NCBI GenBank assembly: GCA_963844845.1
Contig: CAWJPW010000009.1
Coordinates: 155,599-219,598, forward strand
From: an uncultured Acidobacteriota bacterium
Lineage (GTDB): Bacteria; Acidobacteriota; Thermoanaerobaculia; Thermoanaerobaculales; Sulfomarinibacteraceae
DNA length: 64,000 nt
Direction: 5' to 3'
Below are positions 22,033 through 31,367 of this stretch, one piece after another (position 1 is the stretch's first letter; the number at the start of each line of letters is the position of its first letter). The notes under the pieces are model-generated. The model was not told the DNA's origin, did no database searches, and was given only the letters and a program-made list of their open reading frames with translations. The position numbers and the translations under genes were made by a program.

Positions 22033-23406
22033 ATGGCGACTGAAGTGAGGCTCCCGGAGCTTGGCGAGAACGTGACCCAGGCGGACGTCGTCCGGATCCT
22101 GGTTGGTATCGGCGACTCTGTGGCAACGGACCAGTCGATCCTCGAGATCGAGAACGAGAAGGCCTCGGTGGAGGTACCCGCCCCGCTGGCCGGCACCGTC
22201 GCGAGCATCGCCGTACAGCAGGGGCAGACCATCGAGGTGGGCGCCCTCCTCATGACGATCGAGGCTGCCGAGACGACCGCGGCCCCCGAACCAGATGAGG
22301 AGGCCGGGGCGACGGACGACCAGCGTGAGCAGGACGAGGAGACCCCCTCCGGCGAGGAAGCCACCGCTTCCCGGGAGGCAGCAGGCGATGGTGAGGAGGG
22401 CCCTGACCGGTCCACCGCCCCGGCCGGACCGGCTCGCCCCTCCGCTTCCGCTCAGCCGCCGGACCGTCCCGCTGCTCCCTCACCGGCTCTGGGCGACGGC
22501 CGCGTCCTGGTTCCGGCCGCACCCACCGTGCGGCGTTTCGCCCGCGAGATCGGGGTCGACCTCGCCCGAGTCAAGGGAACGGGGCCCGGCGGACGCATCA
22601 GCATCGACGACGTGAAGACCCACGCGAAGGAGGCCCTGCGGCGGGGCGCCGCCGGAGCACCCAGTACGCTCGCCGCTCCGGCGATCCCCGATCTCGCGGC
22701 CTTCGGTGAGGTGGAACGGGAGCCGGTGAGCTCCGTGCGCCGTCTCACCGCCCAGGCCATGGCCAGGGCATGGAACGTCGTCCCCCACGTGACCCACCAC
22801 GACCACGCCGACATCACCGAGCTCGAGGCGGCCCGGCAACGCCACGCGTCCCGGGCCGAGGCGGCCGGAGCCAAGCTCACCGTCACCGCCATGCTGGTCA
22901 AGGTGGTGGCCGCCGCCCTCAAGAGATACCCCAAGTTCAACGCGGCCCTGGACCTCGAGCAGGGCGAGGTGGTCTACCGACGCTACGTCAACGTCGGCGT
23001 GGCAGTGGACACCGACCGCGGCCTCTTGGTCCCGGTGGTACGCGACGCCGACCGCAAGACGCTCCTCGAGGTGGCAGTCGAGCTCAAGGACCTGGCCGGG
23101 CGCGCGCGGGCCCGCCGCATCGGTCCCGACGAGATGCAGGGGGCCGGCTTCTCCATCTCGAACCTGGGCGGTATCGGCGGCGACGCCTTCACGCCCATCG
23201 TCAACTGGCCGGAGGTGGCGGTGCTCGGGGTCTCACGTTCGTCACAGCAGCCGACGTGGAACGGGGAGACCTTCGTTCCGCGACTGATCCTGCCGCTCTC
23301 GCTCTCCTACGACCACCGCCTCGTCGACGGCGCCGACGCGGCCCGCTTCCTCCGCTGGGTGTGCGAGGCTCTGGAAGAGCCCATGCTCGTGGCCCTGGGC
23401 GGCTGA
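22033..23406 (+). CDS. aceF: Dihydrolipoamide acetyltransferase E2
   Basis: One lipoyl domain (ENEKASVEVP), E3-binding domain (PTVRRFAREIGVDL), catalytic DHRLVDG. Confidence 0.93.
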   Translation: MATEVRLPELGENVTQADVVRILVGIGDSVATDQSILEIENEKASVEVPAPLAGTVASIAVQQGQTIEVGALLMTIEAAETTAAPEPDEEAGATDDQREQDEETPSGEEATASREAAGDGEEGPDRSTAPAGPARPSASAQPPDRPAAPSPALGDGRVLVPAAPTVRRFAREIGVDLARVKGTGPGGRISIDDVKTHAKEALRRGAAGAPSTLAAPAIPDLAAFGEVEREPVSSVRRLTAQAMARAWNVVPHVTHHDHADITELEAARQRHASRAEAAGAKLTVTAMLVKVVAAALKRYPKFNAALDLEQGEVVYRRYVNVGVAVDTDRGLLVPVVRDADRKTLLEVAVELKDLAGRARARRIGPDEMQGAGFSISNLGGIGGDAFTPIVNWPEVAVLGVSRSSQQPTWNGETFVPRLILPLSLSYDHRLVDGADAARFLRWVCEALEEPMLVALGG

Positions 23407-23495
23407 CGCCGCTCAGGACCCAGGAGCGGCGCAAGCGAACGCACCGCGGGTCCGCGCGCCCTTCGGCCGCGACCGGTGAAGATGCCCCCAGCGCA

Positions 23496-23684
23496 TCAGG
23501 CCGTACTCTCGAACTCGGATCGGAGCTTCTCGAGCACGCCGCGCAAAACGTGCTCGCGCCGCTTGAAGTGCTCCCGTTCGTCCCGTACGTGTGTGTGCCG
23601 GACCTCAACCCGCAGGTCGCGGAAGGCCGCTTCGAGGTCCTCGACCACCTCGGCGCGTTCTTCTTCGTCGAGCTGAGCATTCAT
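23496..23684 (-). CDS. Small charged helical hypothetical protein (62 aa)
   Basis: ATG start, amphipathic helical pattern, high-GC3 codon usage, sits in an intergenic gap. Confidence 0.5.
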   Translation of the reverse strand: MNAQLDEEERAEVVEDLEAAFRDLRVEVRHTHVRDEREHFKRREHVLRGVLEKLRSEFESTA

Positions 23685-23909
23685 GGCTGCCCCCCGGGGT
23701 ATGCGTCAACCCGTCCGGAGGAACCGCTGCAGTGCGGACGACTCCGGACGGAACCGCCCACTCCTACTGAGGACAACATGGTCCGGCCCGTGCACCATCC
23801 ACCGCGGCCCGGATCGGGCTCCACTCTGAAGAAGCTGCGTCACCGAGAAGCCCCCAAACCCGAACCGGGTGGAGCGCCCAGCCGCGGGCACTCGCCTCCG
23901 CGGGCCCTG

Positions 23910-24587
23910 TCAGCCTGCCACAGCTGGCGCGAGGGCGTGGGGGATCACGTACAGGAGCACCGCGACGTAGTGCAGGGCGCTGCCCGCCAGCACGAAGAGG
24001 TGCCAGATGGCGTGGCCGAAGCGGAGCCCCCGCCACGAGTAGAAGACAACCCCACCGGTGTAGGCCAGCCCCCCGGCAAGGAGGAGGACCAGTCCACCAG
24101 GGGCCACCTTCGACAGCAGCGGCTTGGTGGCGACCACCATCACCCAGCCCATGACGAGGTAGAGCGCCACACCGGCCACCGGGTGATGAATCAGGAGCGA
24201 GGCCTCACAGGCCACCCCTAGGAGTGCAAGCCCCCAGATGACGCCGAAAAGGCTCCAGCCCCAGGGTCCACGCAGGCTCACGAGGGTGAACGGCGTAGAG
24301 GTCCCGGCGATGAGCAGGTAGATGGCGGAATGGTCGAGCACCCGGAGCACGCGTTTGGCCTTGGCGTCGCGCACGGCGTGGTACAGAGCGGAGGAGGTGT
24401 AGAGGATCACGAGGGTCGCGCCGTAGATGCTGCACGCGACGACATGCCAGGCGTCGCCCCGGAGGCTTGCCAATATGCACAGGGCGACCAGTCCCGCCAC
24501 CGCCAGCACCGCCCCGAGACCGTGACTGAGCGTGTTCGCGAGCTCCTCCGAGACGCTGTAAACGGGCTGATCGTCAGCGCTCGTCAT
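23910..24587 (-). CDS. Hemolysin III (PAQR/TrhA) family membrane protein
   Basis: EELANTLSHG, SALYH, LDHSAIYLLIAGT, HAIWHLFV. Confidence 0.93.
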   Translation of the reverse strand: MTSADDQPVYSVSEELANTLSHGLGAVLAVAGLVALCILASLRGDAWHVVACSIYGATLVILYTSSALYHAVRDAKAKRVLRVLDHSAIYLLIAGTSTPFTLVSLRGPWGWSLFGVIWGLALLGVACEASLLIHHPVAGVALYLVMGWVMVVATKPLLSKVAPGGLVLLLAGGLAYTGGVVFYSWRGLRFGHAIWHLFVLAGSALHYVAVLLYVIPHALAPAVAG

Positions 24588-24639
24588 GATCCGTCCTGAG
24601 CGGCAGGATAGTCTTCTGCGAGCTGCCTGACAACAGCGA

Positions 24640-24661
24640 CGGGGGGCCTTCCGGCCCCCCG
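24640..24661. terminator. Hairpin downstream of satP
   Basis: cggggggcc-ttcc-ggccccccg. Confidence 0.45.
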
Positions 24662-24716
24662 CCTGCCGTTGTGGCGTCCCCGGCCCTCCACCGCGACGCC
24701 ACCTTCAGGTCGGCGC

Positions 24717-25295
24717 TCAGCCAACCGGGAGGACTGTCTTCTCGTACGCCTCGTTGAGGACCTGAGCCACGGCCAGGTAGATGGCAGACGCACCGCAGAG
24801 GATGCCCTCGTACCCAGTAAAGGTCTTCAAAGCCGCGCTGCCGGTCGCATCACCGGCGGCGAGCAGCCAGAACAGGATGAACAGAGTGAAGAACACCACC
24901 TGCAGGGCACGGCCGTGCTTGAGGGTGGCGACCCACATGCAGAAGGTGAAGAGCCCCCACATGAAGAGGTAGGCGATCATGCCACCCTTGCTGGCAGGTT
25001 CGGACCAACCGAGCTTGGGCATCACGATGAGGAACACGAGCGTCTCCCAGAACAGCCCGTACGACAGGAACGCCACGGTCCCGAACGTGTTCCCCTTCTT
25101 CCACTCCATCCAGCCCGCGAAGATTTGCGCGAACCCCCCGTAGAAGATCCCCATGGCGAGAATCATGCTCCCGAGCGGGAAGAACCCCGCGTTGTGCAGG
25201 TTCAGCAGGACCGTAGTCATGCCGAAGCCGAGGAGTCCTAACGGCGCCGGGTTGGCAGTGGTGTCGCTGATATACATCTGCGCTCTGTCGGCCAT
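24717..25295 (-). CDS. satP: Acetate uptake transporter SatP (GPR1/FUN34/YaaH)
   Basis: [30 protein letters not shown]. Confidence 0.93.
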   Translation of the reverse strand: MADRAQMYISDTTANPAPLGLLGFGMTTVLLNLHNAGFFPLGSMILAMGIFYGGFAQIFAGWMEWKKGNTFGTVAFLSYGLFWETLVFLIVMPKLGWSEPASKGGMIAYLFMWGLFTFCMWVATLKHGRALQVVFFTLFILFWLLAAGDATGSAALKTFTGYEGILCGASAIYLAVAQVLNEAYEKTVLPVG

Positions 25296-25739
25296 CTCGT
25301 CTCCCTCCTGTCTTCCGAGCTCCAGACATTAATCGATCACCGCCCTACATGTGCAGGACGGGCAGCCTTCGCCGCACGCTCAATGCGTTTGGATTGCTCC
25401 CTCCCGTGTCCCAATTACTGAATGCTGATTTAGGTATACGCTCACAGCGCCGCGCCTGTCAAGCGCCACCGCGTTGCGACAGCGTCGTTGAATGCTTCGA
25501 CGTGTCACGAGAACGCCCGAGATGGGTGCGCTAAGAGAAGGGACCTCGGACGCCTGGAGAGCTCTCTGTCGCGCTCAGACGCGACCAAGGCGGTGGGGTC
25601 TAAGCTCTTGCGTTTTCATGAGCTCGTTCGTATACTGCATCTCAGACCTAATTAATACGCTCCGCCACTGCGGAGCCCCGAGCAGAGGCAGGCGCCCCCA
25701 TCCATCTGGCCCCGGGGCGCCACGTGGAGGAGGTGCTCC

Positions 25740-26066
25740 ATGAGAATCGCGATTCCCGTGCGTCGAGGCGCACTGTGCGAGGACGTCGCTGGGTGCGAGG
25801 CATTCGTCTTCCTCGACGTCGACCCCGACACCCGCCGAGTCATCGCAGAGCACCTGATGGTCGCCCCACCGAGGCAGCACGGTGAGCTGCCATCATGGCT
25901 CGCCCAGATGGGAGCGACCACGCTCATCGCCAGCACCCTTTCGGCAGGGACCCGCGATCTCTGCCAGTACCACGGGCTTACGGTACTCATTGGCGCGCCG
26001 GGGCTCCCACCGAGCGATCTTGTCGGCGCCTATCTCAACGGAGGTCTTACTCGGAGCGCACAGTAG
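25740..26066 (+). CDS. NifB/NifX family (dinitrogenase FeMo-cofactor-type) small protein
   Basis: MRIAIPV start, F.F.DVD, PPRQHG.LP.WL pattern; GGAGG RBS. Confidence 0.65.
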   Translation: MRIAIPVRRGALCEDVAGCEAFVFLDVDPDTRRVIAEHLMVAPPRQHGELPSWLAQMGATTLIASTLSAGTRDLCQYHGLTVLIGAPGLPPSDLVGAYLNGGLTRSAQ

Positions 26067-26772
26067 TCGCGACGGGGTCGACACGCCGCCACGGTACCCG
26101 GCAGGGAGCACCGTCTGCGTGCCACATCAACGACTCCTCGAAGATCTCCGTCAGGAGCATCACGGTGCCGGACACGGTCCCCCCGGAGGACTGGTGATGG
26201 CAGGCCGTGGGCGGGTCGTGCCACGCCAGGAGCCGACGTAGACGGCTGGCCCACTCCTCGCGGCCCTCTTCGCAGCCGACCCTGCCCAACTCCAAGAGTT
26301 CTGTGACGCGGTCGTCCGCAGCGAAGATCGGCACGTTGCCCACCGCCAACGCACGCTGCTCCAGCCTCACGCAACGCGGCTCCGGCAGGTTGCTCGCTAC
26401 AGCGAATCCCTCCGCGTCCGCCACGACCACGTTGACCGGCGCGTAACAATCCAACGCCGCCGCGTCCAGGCGCTCCACCGCCGCGGTCGCCGAGGGGAGC
26501 ATCGCAAGGTCCAGGGCCAACAGCCCCCGACTGCGCTGATCCTCGCGCCGCTGCGCCTGCAGCCGGGCGTTCGTCACCGCAACGACGAACCCGGCTGAGC
26601 TCGCCGCCAGCCAGGTTCCGCCCTGCTCGGGGTCGCACCCGCCCAGCACGAGCGGCTCCTCGGCGAGCACACCGAACACGCCCGGCGGTCGTCGGTACAG
26701 CTCGTCGCGATTGGCCGCCACCGCGAGATCGACGCCCGCAAGTGGGCGCCGGTACATGAGCAAAGTACACAC
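26047..26772 (-). CDS. NRDE/TANGO2 family protein
   Basis: MCT start, AANRDE, GGTWL, SRGLL, GTVS. Confidence 0.88.
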   Translation of the reverse strand: MCTLLMYRRPLAGVDLAVAANRDELYRRPPGVFGVLAEEPLVLGGCDPEQGGTWLAASSAGFVVAVTNARLQAQRREDQRSRGLLALDLAMLPSATAAVERLDAAALDCYAPVNVVVADAEGFAVASNLPEPRCVRLEQRALAVGNVPIFAADDRVTELLELGRVGCEEGREEWASRLRRLLAWHDPPTACHHQSSGGTVSGTVMLLTEIFEESLMWHADGAPCRVPWRRVDPVATTVRSE

Positions 26773-26831
26773 CTAAAGAACCTCCATCCCTGGAAGGCCA
26801 GCCCGCAGGCGTCCATTCCCGCGCCGCCGCC

Positions 26832-27395
26832 TCAGTGCGTGCACGCTCCCAGCGCCGGCCCGGCAAGGGTGCCGTGGACCTGCGCCAGGAGGAGCCCCGC
26901 CAGGGTCTTGCCATCGCAGATCTCGCCACGCTGGACGCGGTCCCACAGCTCAGCCATGGGGAGGGTCACCACCTCCAGCGCCTCATCCGCGTCGAGGTCC
27001 GGCTCTCCCACTCGCTGCAGACCGCTCGCGAAGAAGCAGTGCAGCAGCTCGTCCGCGAAACCGGGAGCTGGCACGATGCTGCCGAGGGTCCGCCACGAAC
27101 GTGCGGCCAGCCCCGTCTCCTCGCAGAGCTCGCGGCGGGCGGCCTCCAGTGGTTCCTCACCCGGATCGAGCTTGCCGGCGGGGAGTTCCAGCAGCGTCCT
27201 GGCCACGGCATAGCGAAACTGCCTCACCATGACGATACGGTCATCGTCATGAAGGGCGAGGACCACCGCCGCGCCGGGATGCCGGACGACCTCCCGCAGG
27301 GCTTCATGTCCGTTCGCCATCCGCACCCGGTCCACCTCGAGGGTTACCACCCGGCCCTCGTAGACCCGCTTGCCGCCAATCCGCTCCTCAGCCAT
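26832..27395 (-). CDS. NUDIX hydrolase (ADP-ribose pyrophosphatase-like)
   Basis: REVVRHPGA, QFRY, ELPAGKLDPGEEPLEAARRELCEETG, DGKT. Confidence 0.92.
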   Translation of the reverse strand: MAEERIGGKRVYEGRVVTLEVDRVRMANGHEALREVVRHPGAAVVLALHDDDRIVMVRQFRYAVARTLLELPAGKLDPGEEPLEAARRELCEETGLAARSWRTLGSIVPAPGFADELLHCFFASGLQRVGEPDLDADEALEVVTLPMAELWDRVQRGEICDGKTLAGLLLAQVHGTLAGPALGACTH

Positions 27396-28218
27396 GTCCA
27401 CCTCTCGCTTGATGCCTCTCCGGCAGGAGGGCGAGCCACGGAACCACCAGGGGACCACCGCGCGGCAACCCGTCCAGCAGCTCGAGCATCCGTTCGGCCT
27501 CGAGCTCGGCGGGCAGGTGGGCAAGCACCAGGATGTCACAGGGCAGATCGCCCTCCAACTCCAGCCAGTCGGCGAGGTGGGAGTGGCCGGCCAGGCGCGC
27601 CGCCACCCGCGTCCCGGGCTCCACCTGGGAGCACTCCACCACCGCCACGGTGGCGTCCAGGAGCCCCGGGTCCGCACGAAACGGTTCGACGGTGCCATCA
27701 CCTGCGAAAGCGACACGTGCCCGCTCCTCATCGCTCACGCCGACCTTCCATCCAAGTGCCGGTGTGTTGTGGTGGGCGGGAATGGCGCGCGCCCAACCGC
27801 CGTGGGCGAGCTCCAGATGGCTCCCGACCTCGGAAGCGATGAGCGCCTCCGCCAGATCGACCCGCCGGCGCACACCGTCGAGGTCAGGCCACACCTCAAG
27901 GGCCCGCAGGAGAGCCTCCCGCCGCGCGGCGGGTACCGCCACCTGCAGCGGCGCCTCGCGGTGCCGGCGGGAGTGAGCCGACAGCCAGGCCAGGAGGCCC
28001 GCCACGTGGTCCGAATGACAGTGGGTCAGCAGCACGGTGTCCTGTGCCGCCAGCAGCGCCGAGCAGCGGCCCATGTCCACCGCCGTCCGCCAGCCCGGCA
28101 ACGCAAAGGCGGTGGCGAGCGCCGCCACCGATCCACCGACAATGCGGGCCTCCGCCGCGTCGAGGCTCAGCTCCCAGGCACCGCGCGGCTCGGCCAAAGG
28201 GAATCGCACCCGTTGCAT
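27388..28218 (-). CDS. Metallo-beta-lactamase fold hydrolase, RNase Z-like
   Basis: THCHSDH, AGDG, ECS, HSH, LAH. Confidence 0.7.
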   Translation of the reverse strand: MQRVRFPLAEPRGAWELSLDAAEARIVGGSVAALATAFALPGWRTAVDMGRCSALLAAQDTVLLTHCHSDHVAGLLAWLSAHSRRHREAPLQVAVPAARREALLRALEVWPDLDGVRRRVDLAEALIASEVGSHLELAHGGWARAIPAHHNTPALGWKVGVSDEERARVAFAGDGTVEPFRADPGLLDATVAVVECSQVEPGTRVAARLAGHSHLADWLELEGDLPCDILVLAHLPAELEAERMLELLDGLPRGGPLVVPWLALLPERHQARGGHG

Positions 28219-28253
28219 CGCCCAATCATAGCCAACCGGTACAATCGCCTGCG

Positions 28254-29138
28254 ATGAGCCAGGGTCTCGCGACGCTTCTGCTGGTCGGAGTTGCCGCCGT
28301 GTGGGGGTGGACCTTCGTTGTGGTCCGTGACGCGGTCGCTGTCTACCCGGTCCTCCCCTTCCTCGCCCTGCGCTTCAGCCTCGGCGCAGCTGTGCTTCTG
28401 CTCCTCTGGCGCCGTCATCTCACTCGGGCCACCCTCCTCACCGGCACGGGAATCGGGGCCGTGCTCGCCCTCTCCTACCTGCTCCAGACCCTCGGACTGC
28501 GCACCGCGACGCCCACCAACGCCGGCCTCCTCACCGGCCTCTTCGTCGTCTTCGCACCGGTCGCCGACCACCTCTTTTTCGGGCGCCGCATCGCACCCGC
28601 CGGGTGGATGGCAGTGGGTGTGAGCCTGCTGGGGATGACACTCCTCTCCGGGGGCCTGCCGACCAGCGCCGCCCCCGGCGATCTTCTCGAGCTCGCGGGC
28701 GCCCTCGGGTTCGGCCTCCACGTTGCACTGCTCTCGCGCCACTCTCCCGGCCACGATCCGCGCGCGCTCACATTGAGCCAAATGCTCGCAGCCGCCGTGA
28801 TCTTCACTCTCGCCACTCCGGCGGCCGGGAGGTTCCAGGCGCCGCCCGCCGGGGTCTGGCTGGCCGTCGGCATCACCGGTGTGTTCGCCTCGGCCCTCGC
28901 CTACTTCATCCAGACCACGGTGCAACGTCATCTCTCCACCGCCCGCACCGCCGTGATCCTCACTTTAGAGCCGGCCTTCGCCGCCCTCTTCGGCTTCGTC
29001 CTGGCTGGCGACCGGTTGCGGGCAACGCAGGCGGTGGGGGCCGCGCTGATCCTCGCCGCGCTCGCCCTCGCCGAGGTCGCTCCGCGGCTGCAGGTACCGC
29101 CTCCCGGGCCCTCATCGTCGAGCCGGGACGCCACGTAG
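28254..29138 (+). CDS. DMT/EamA family transporter
   Basis: VWGWTF, LRF, LEPAFAALFG; about 10 hydrophobic helices. Confidence 0.9.
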   Translation: MSQGLATLLLVGVAAVWGWTFVVVRDAVAVYPVLPFLALRFSLGAAVLLLLWRRHLTRATLLTGTGIGAVLALSYLLQTLGLRTATPTNAGLLTGLFVVFAPVADHLFFGRRIAPAGWMAVGVSLLGMTLLSGGLPTSAAPGDLLELAGALGFGLHVALLSRHSPGHDPRALTLSQMLAAAVIFTLATPAAGRFQAPPAGVWLAVGITGVFASALAYFIQTTVQRHLSTARTAVILTLEPAFAALFGFVLAGDRLRATQAVGAALILAALALAEVAPRLQVPPPGPSSSSRDAT

Positions 29139-29174
29139 AGCGTGGCGCGGCCCCCGCAGCTGGGCTGCGGCAGA

Positions 29175-30380
29175 TCAGACGCCCGGCGCGCCGAGCAGGT
29201 CGGCGAGCAGCCCGATACGCCGCCGCAACGAGCGCAGGTCCAGGTACTCCTCCCGAGTGTGCATCCCGGCGCCCACCGGGCCGAGGCCGTCGAGCACCGG
29301 CAGGGCGGCCGGATCCGGCAGGAAGTTGGGGAACGAGACGCCGCCCCGGTCGTCCTCCACCACCAGCTCCCATCCCCGCGAGGCCGCCAGCGCCCTCGCT
29401 CGCTCAGCCAGCACCCGCCCGGGCCCGGCCGGATTCACCGGCGGCACCGCTCCCGAGATCCTCAGCTCCAGGCGCACGCCGGTGTCAGCGCTCACCGTGG
29501 CGGCAAGACCCTCCAGCCGTGCCAGCACCGCATCTCGGTCCGCGTCACTCAGATAGCGCACCTCGCCCTCGGCCATGGCCCGGGCGGGCACAACGTTGAG
29601 GCGGCTGTGGGATCCCAGCAGAGAGTGGTGCTCGGCCAGCTCACCCACGAAGTCGTCGTCGCCCGCCACCAGCCGCGCCACGTTCACCGTGGGTCCGTGC
29701 CCCGGCTGCGACTGCTGCTGAGCCAACCACACCCACCGCGCGGCCGCGGCCAGGGCCGAGCGTCCTTCCCAGTAGGCGAGCCCGGAGTGGGCTGCCCGGC
29801 CCACCGCATCGAGCCGCCACTCGGCCATCCCGCGCCTTCCCAGCACGACCGTCTCAGCCTCTCCGCGGGCTTCCCCCGGCTCCAGCACCAGCAGCGCGCG
29901 CGCCGTGGCTCCCCAGCGACGTACGGCCTCCTCCGAGATCGACCCTCCCACCTCCTCGTCGGGAACCGCCACCAGGAGGAGATCATCCGGCGGTCGCCTC
30001 CCGGTCCGCGCGAGAAGCTCCAGCGCCCCCACCAGGGCCGCGAAGCCGCCTTTCATGTCGAGAGCGCCGGTACCGTGCAGCCGCTCCGCCGTGCGCACCG
30101 GCGCCACGGCGGGGAGCACGGTGTCGAGATGGCCCACGAGCAGCAGGTGCGACGCAGAGACCGTCGGACCGCGGGCCATGAGCACCGGCTGCGGCCGGCC
30201 CTGGCGGTCGTTCTCCTCGGCGATCTCCAGCGCGAGCCCGTTGCGCTCCAGCTCCGCGCCGACCCGCCGTGCCATGCGCAGGAGGCCGGGGCCGTCGCCG
30301 CTGGCCGAGGAGATCGTGCAAAGCTCCTCGAGAAGCGCCACCGCGCGGTAGTGGATCGCGTCCCCAACGTCGTCGCTCAC
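29175..30380 (-). CDS. M20 family metallopeptidase (glutamate carboxypeptidase-like)
   Basis: GHLDTV, GALDMKGG, PDEEVG, LEPG, GMHTREE; AGGAGG RBS before GTG 30380. Confidence 0.88.
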   Translation of the reverse strand: MSDDVGDAIHYRAVALLEELCTISSASGDGPGLLRMARRVGAELERNGLALEIAEENDRQGRPQPVLMARGPTVSASHLLLVGHLDTVLPAVAPVRTAERLHGTGALDMKGGFAALVGALELLARTGRRPPDDLLLVAVPDEEVGGSISEEAVRRWGATARALLVLEPGEARGEAETVVLGRRGMAEWRLDAVGRAAHSGLAYWEGRSALAAAARWVWLAQQQSQPGHGPTVNVARLVAGDDDFVGELAEHHSLLGSHSRLNVVPARAMAEGEVRYLSDADRDAVLARLEGLAATVSADTGVRLELRISGAVPPVNPAGPGRVLAERARALAASRGWELVVEDDRGGVSFPNFLPDPAALPVLDGLGPVGAGMHTREEYLDLRSLRRRIGLLADLLGAPGV

Positions 30381-30426
30381 GGCTCCTCCTGCCGCCCCGA
30401 CCGTGCGTGCCAACCGTTCCACATGG

Positions 30427-31299
30427 CTACCCTGGCGCTCTCGTTGCGTCCGGGATCCTCCCCCGCACCGTAGGATCGTACTCGTCTCCCGCCACCAGGA
30501 CCGTCAGCGTCATGTCCCGGGCCCCCAGACGGGCCGGCCCCTCCGGGCGCTGGGCACGTTGCATCGTCGCGGAGCGCGCGTCCAGCACGACCACCCAGCC
30601 CTCCCCCAACACCTGGAAGGTCCCGTCGGGACGGCGCCACACTGCAGTGCCCTCGTCGATGCCGATCCCGAGCAGGTCCGGGTGCTCCATCACCACCGTG
30701 AGCAGGCGGTTGAGGCGTCGGCGAGCGACGAAGTGCTGGTCGAGGATGACGCCGGGAAAGAGGTCCAGCCCCGGGGCGAGTGCGACAGCACCTTGATCGA
30801 GGACGTCGAAGTCACCGTCGCCGGTGATCATCAGACCGCTCTGGCAGGCTGTCCCCGCCGAAGTGCCGCCCACGACCGCACCGCGCTGGAAGGCGCGGCG
30901 CACCGCATCGCCCACAGGCGTGCCCAGGAGAGCCGCCGTGATCCGGCGCTGGTCACCACCGGCGAAGAAGATGCCGCCCGCTGCGGCGACCTCCGCCGCC
31001 AGTTCCTCCGACATGGCGTCCTCGCGGCTGTGCACGGGCAGCGGGCGGACGTCGCGGCAGCCGTACTCCTCCATGAACAGCGCGCGGTACACCTCGCCGG
31101 TGTCGGACAGCTCCGAAGCGGTGGGAAAGACCACGATCGCCGCATCCGGGCCGCCCGCCAGCTCGACGAACTTGGTCATCGCCGCCGGCGGCTTGCTGCC
31201 GCCGCCGATGAGCACCAGGTTGCCCTTGGCTGCCGGCTCGCTCGCCACGGCGGTCACCGCGCACAGCGCGAGACACACACCCAGCAATCGACGCATCAC
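30427..31299 (-). CDS. cphB: Cyanophycinase (S51), with signal peptide
   Basis: LIGGG, FFAGGDQ, catalytic GTSAG, DQHFVARRRLNRL, GIGIDEGT; N-terminal signal peptide. Confidence 0.88.
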   Translation of the reverse strand: MMRRLLGVCLALCAVTAVASEPAAKGNLVLIGGGSKPPAAMTKFVELAGGPDAAIVVFPTASELSDTGEVYRALFMEEYGCRDVRPLPVHSREDAMSEELAAEVAAAGGIFFAGGDQRRITAALLGTPVGDAVRRAFQRGAVVGGTSAGTACQSGLMITGDGDFDVLDQGAVALAPGLDLFPGVILDQHFVARRRLNRLLTVVMEHPDLLGIGIDEGTAVWRRPDGTFQVLGEGWVVVLDARSATMQRAQRPEGPARLGARDMTLTVLVAGDEYDPTVRGRIPDATRAPG

Positions 31300-31313
31300 G
31301 CCTCCGAGATCGG

Positions 31314-31353
31314 AAAAGCCCGGTTGGGGCGGCGGCCCCGCCCCAACCGGGCT
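31314..31353 (-). terminator. Intrinsic terminator between the TonB receptor and cyanophycinase genes
   Basis: 16-bp stem agcccggttggggcgg/ccgccccaaccgggct ending in a TTTT run on the minus strand. Confidence 0.7.
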
Positions 31354-31367
31354 CGTGGTTCACTCAC

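Noticed and set aside
19312-23406. aceEF without lpdA as a defective complex
   Set aside because: E3 is often shared and encoded elsewhere.
23910-24587. Toxin or virulence factor
   Set aside because: Hemolysin III/PAQR proteins are common housekeeping membrane proteins.
25296-25739. Possible ncRNA or riboswitch in the AT-richer gap upstream of satP
   Set aside because: No recognisable structure; best explained as divergent promoters (TTGACA at 25462-25457 on minus, weak -10).
25740-26066. Nitrogen fixation gene
   Set aside because: NifX-like small proteins are widespread in non-diazotrophs; no nif genes nearby.
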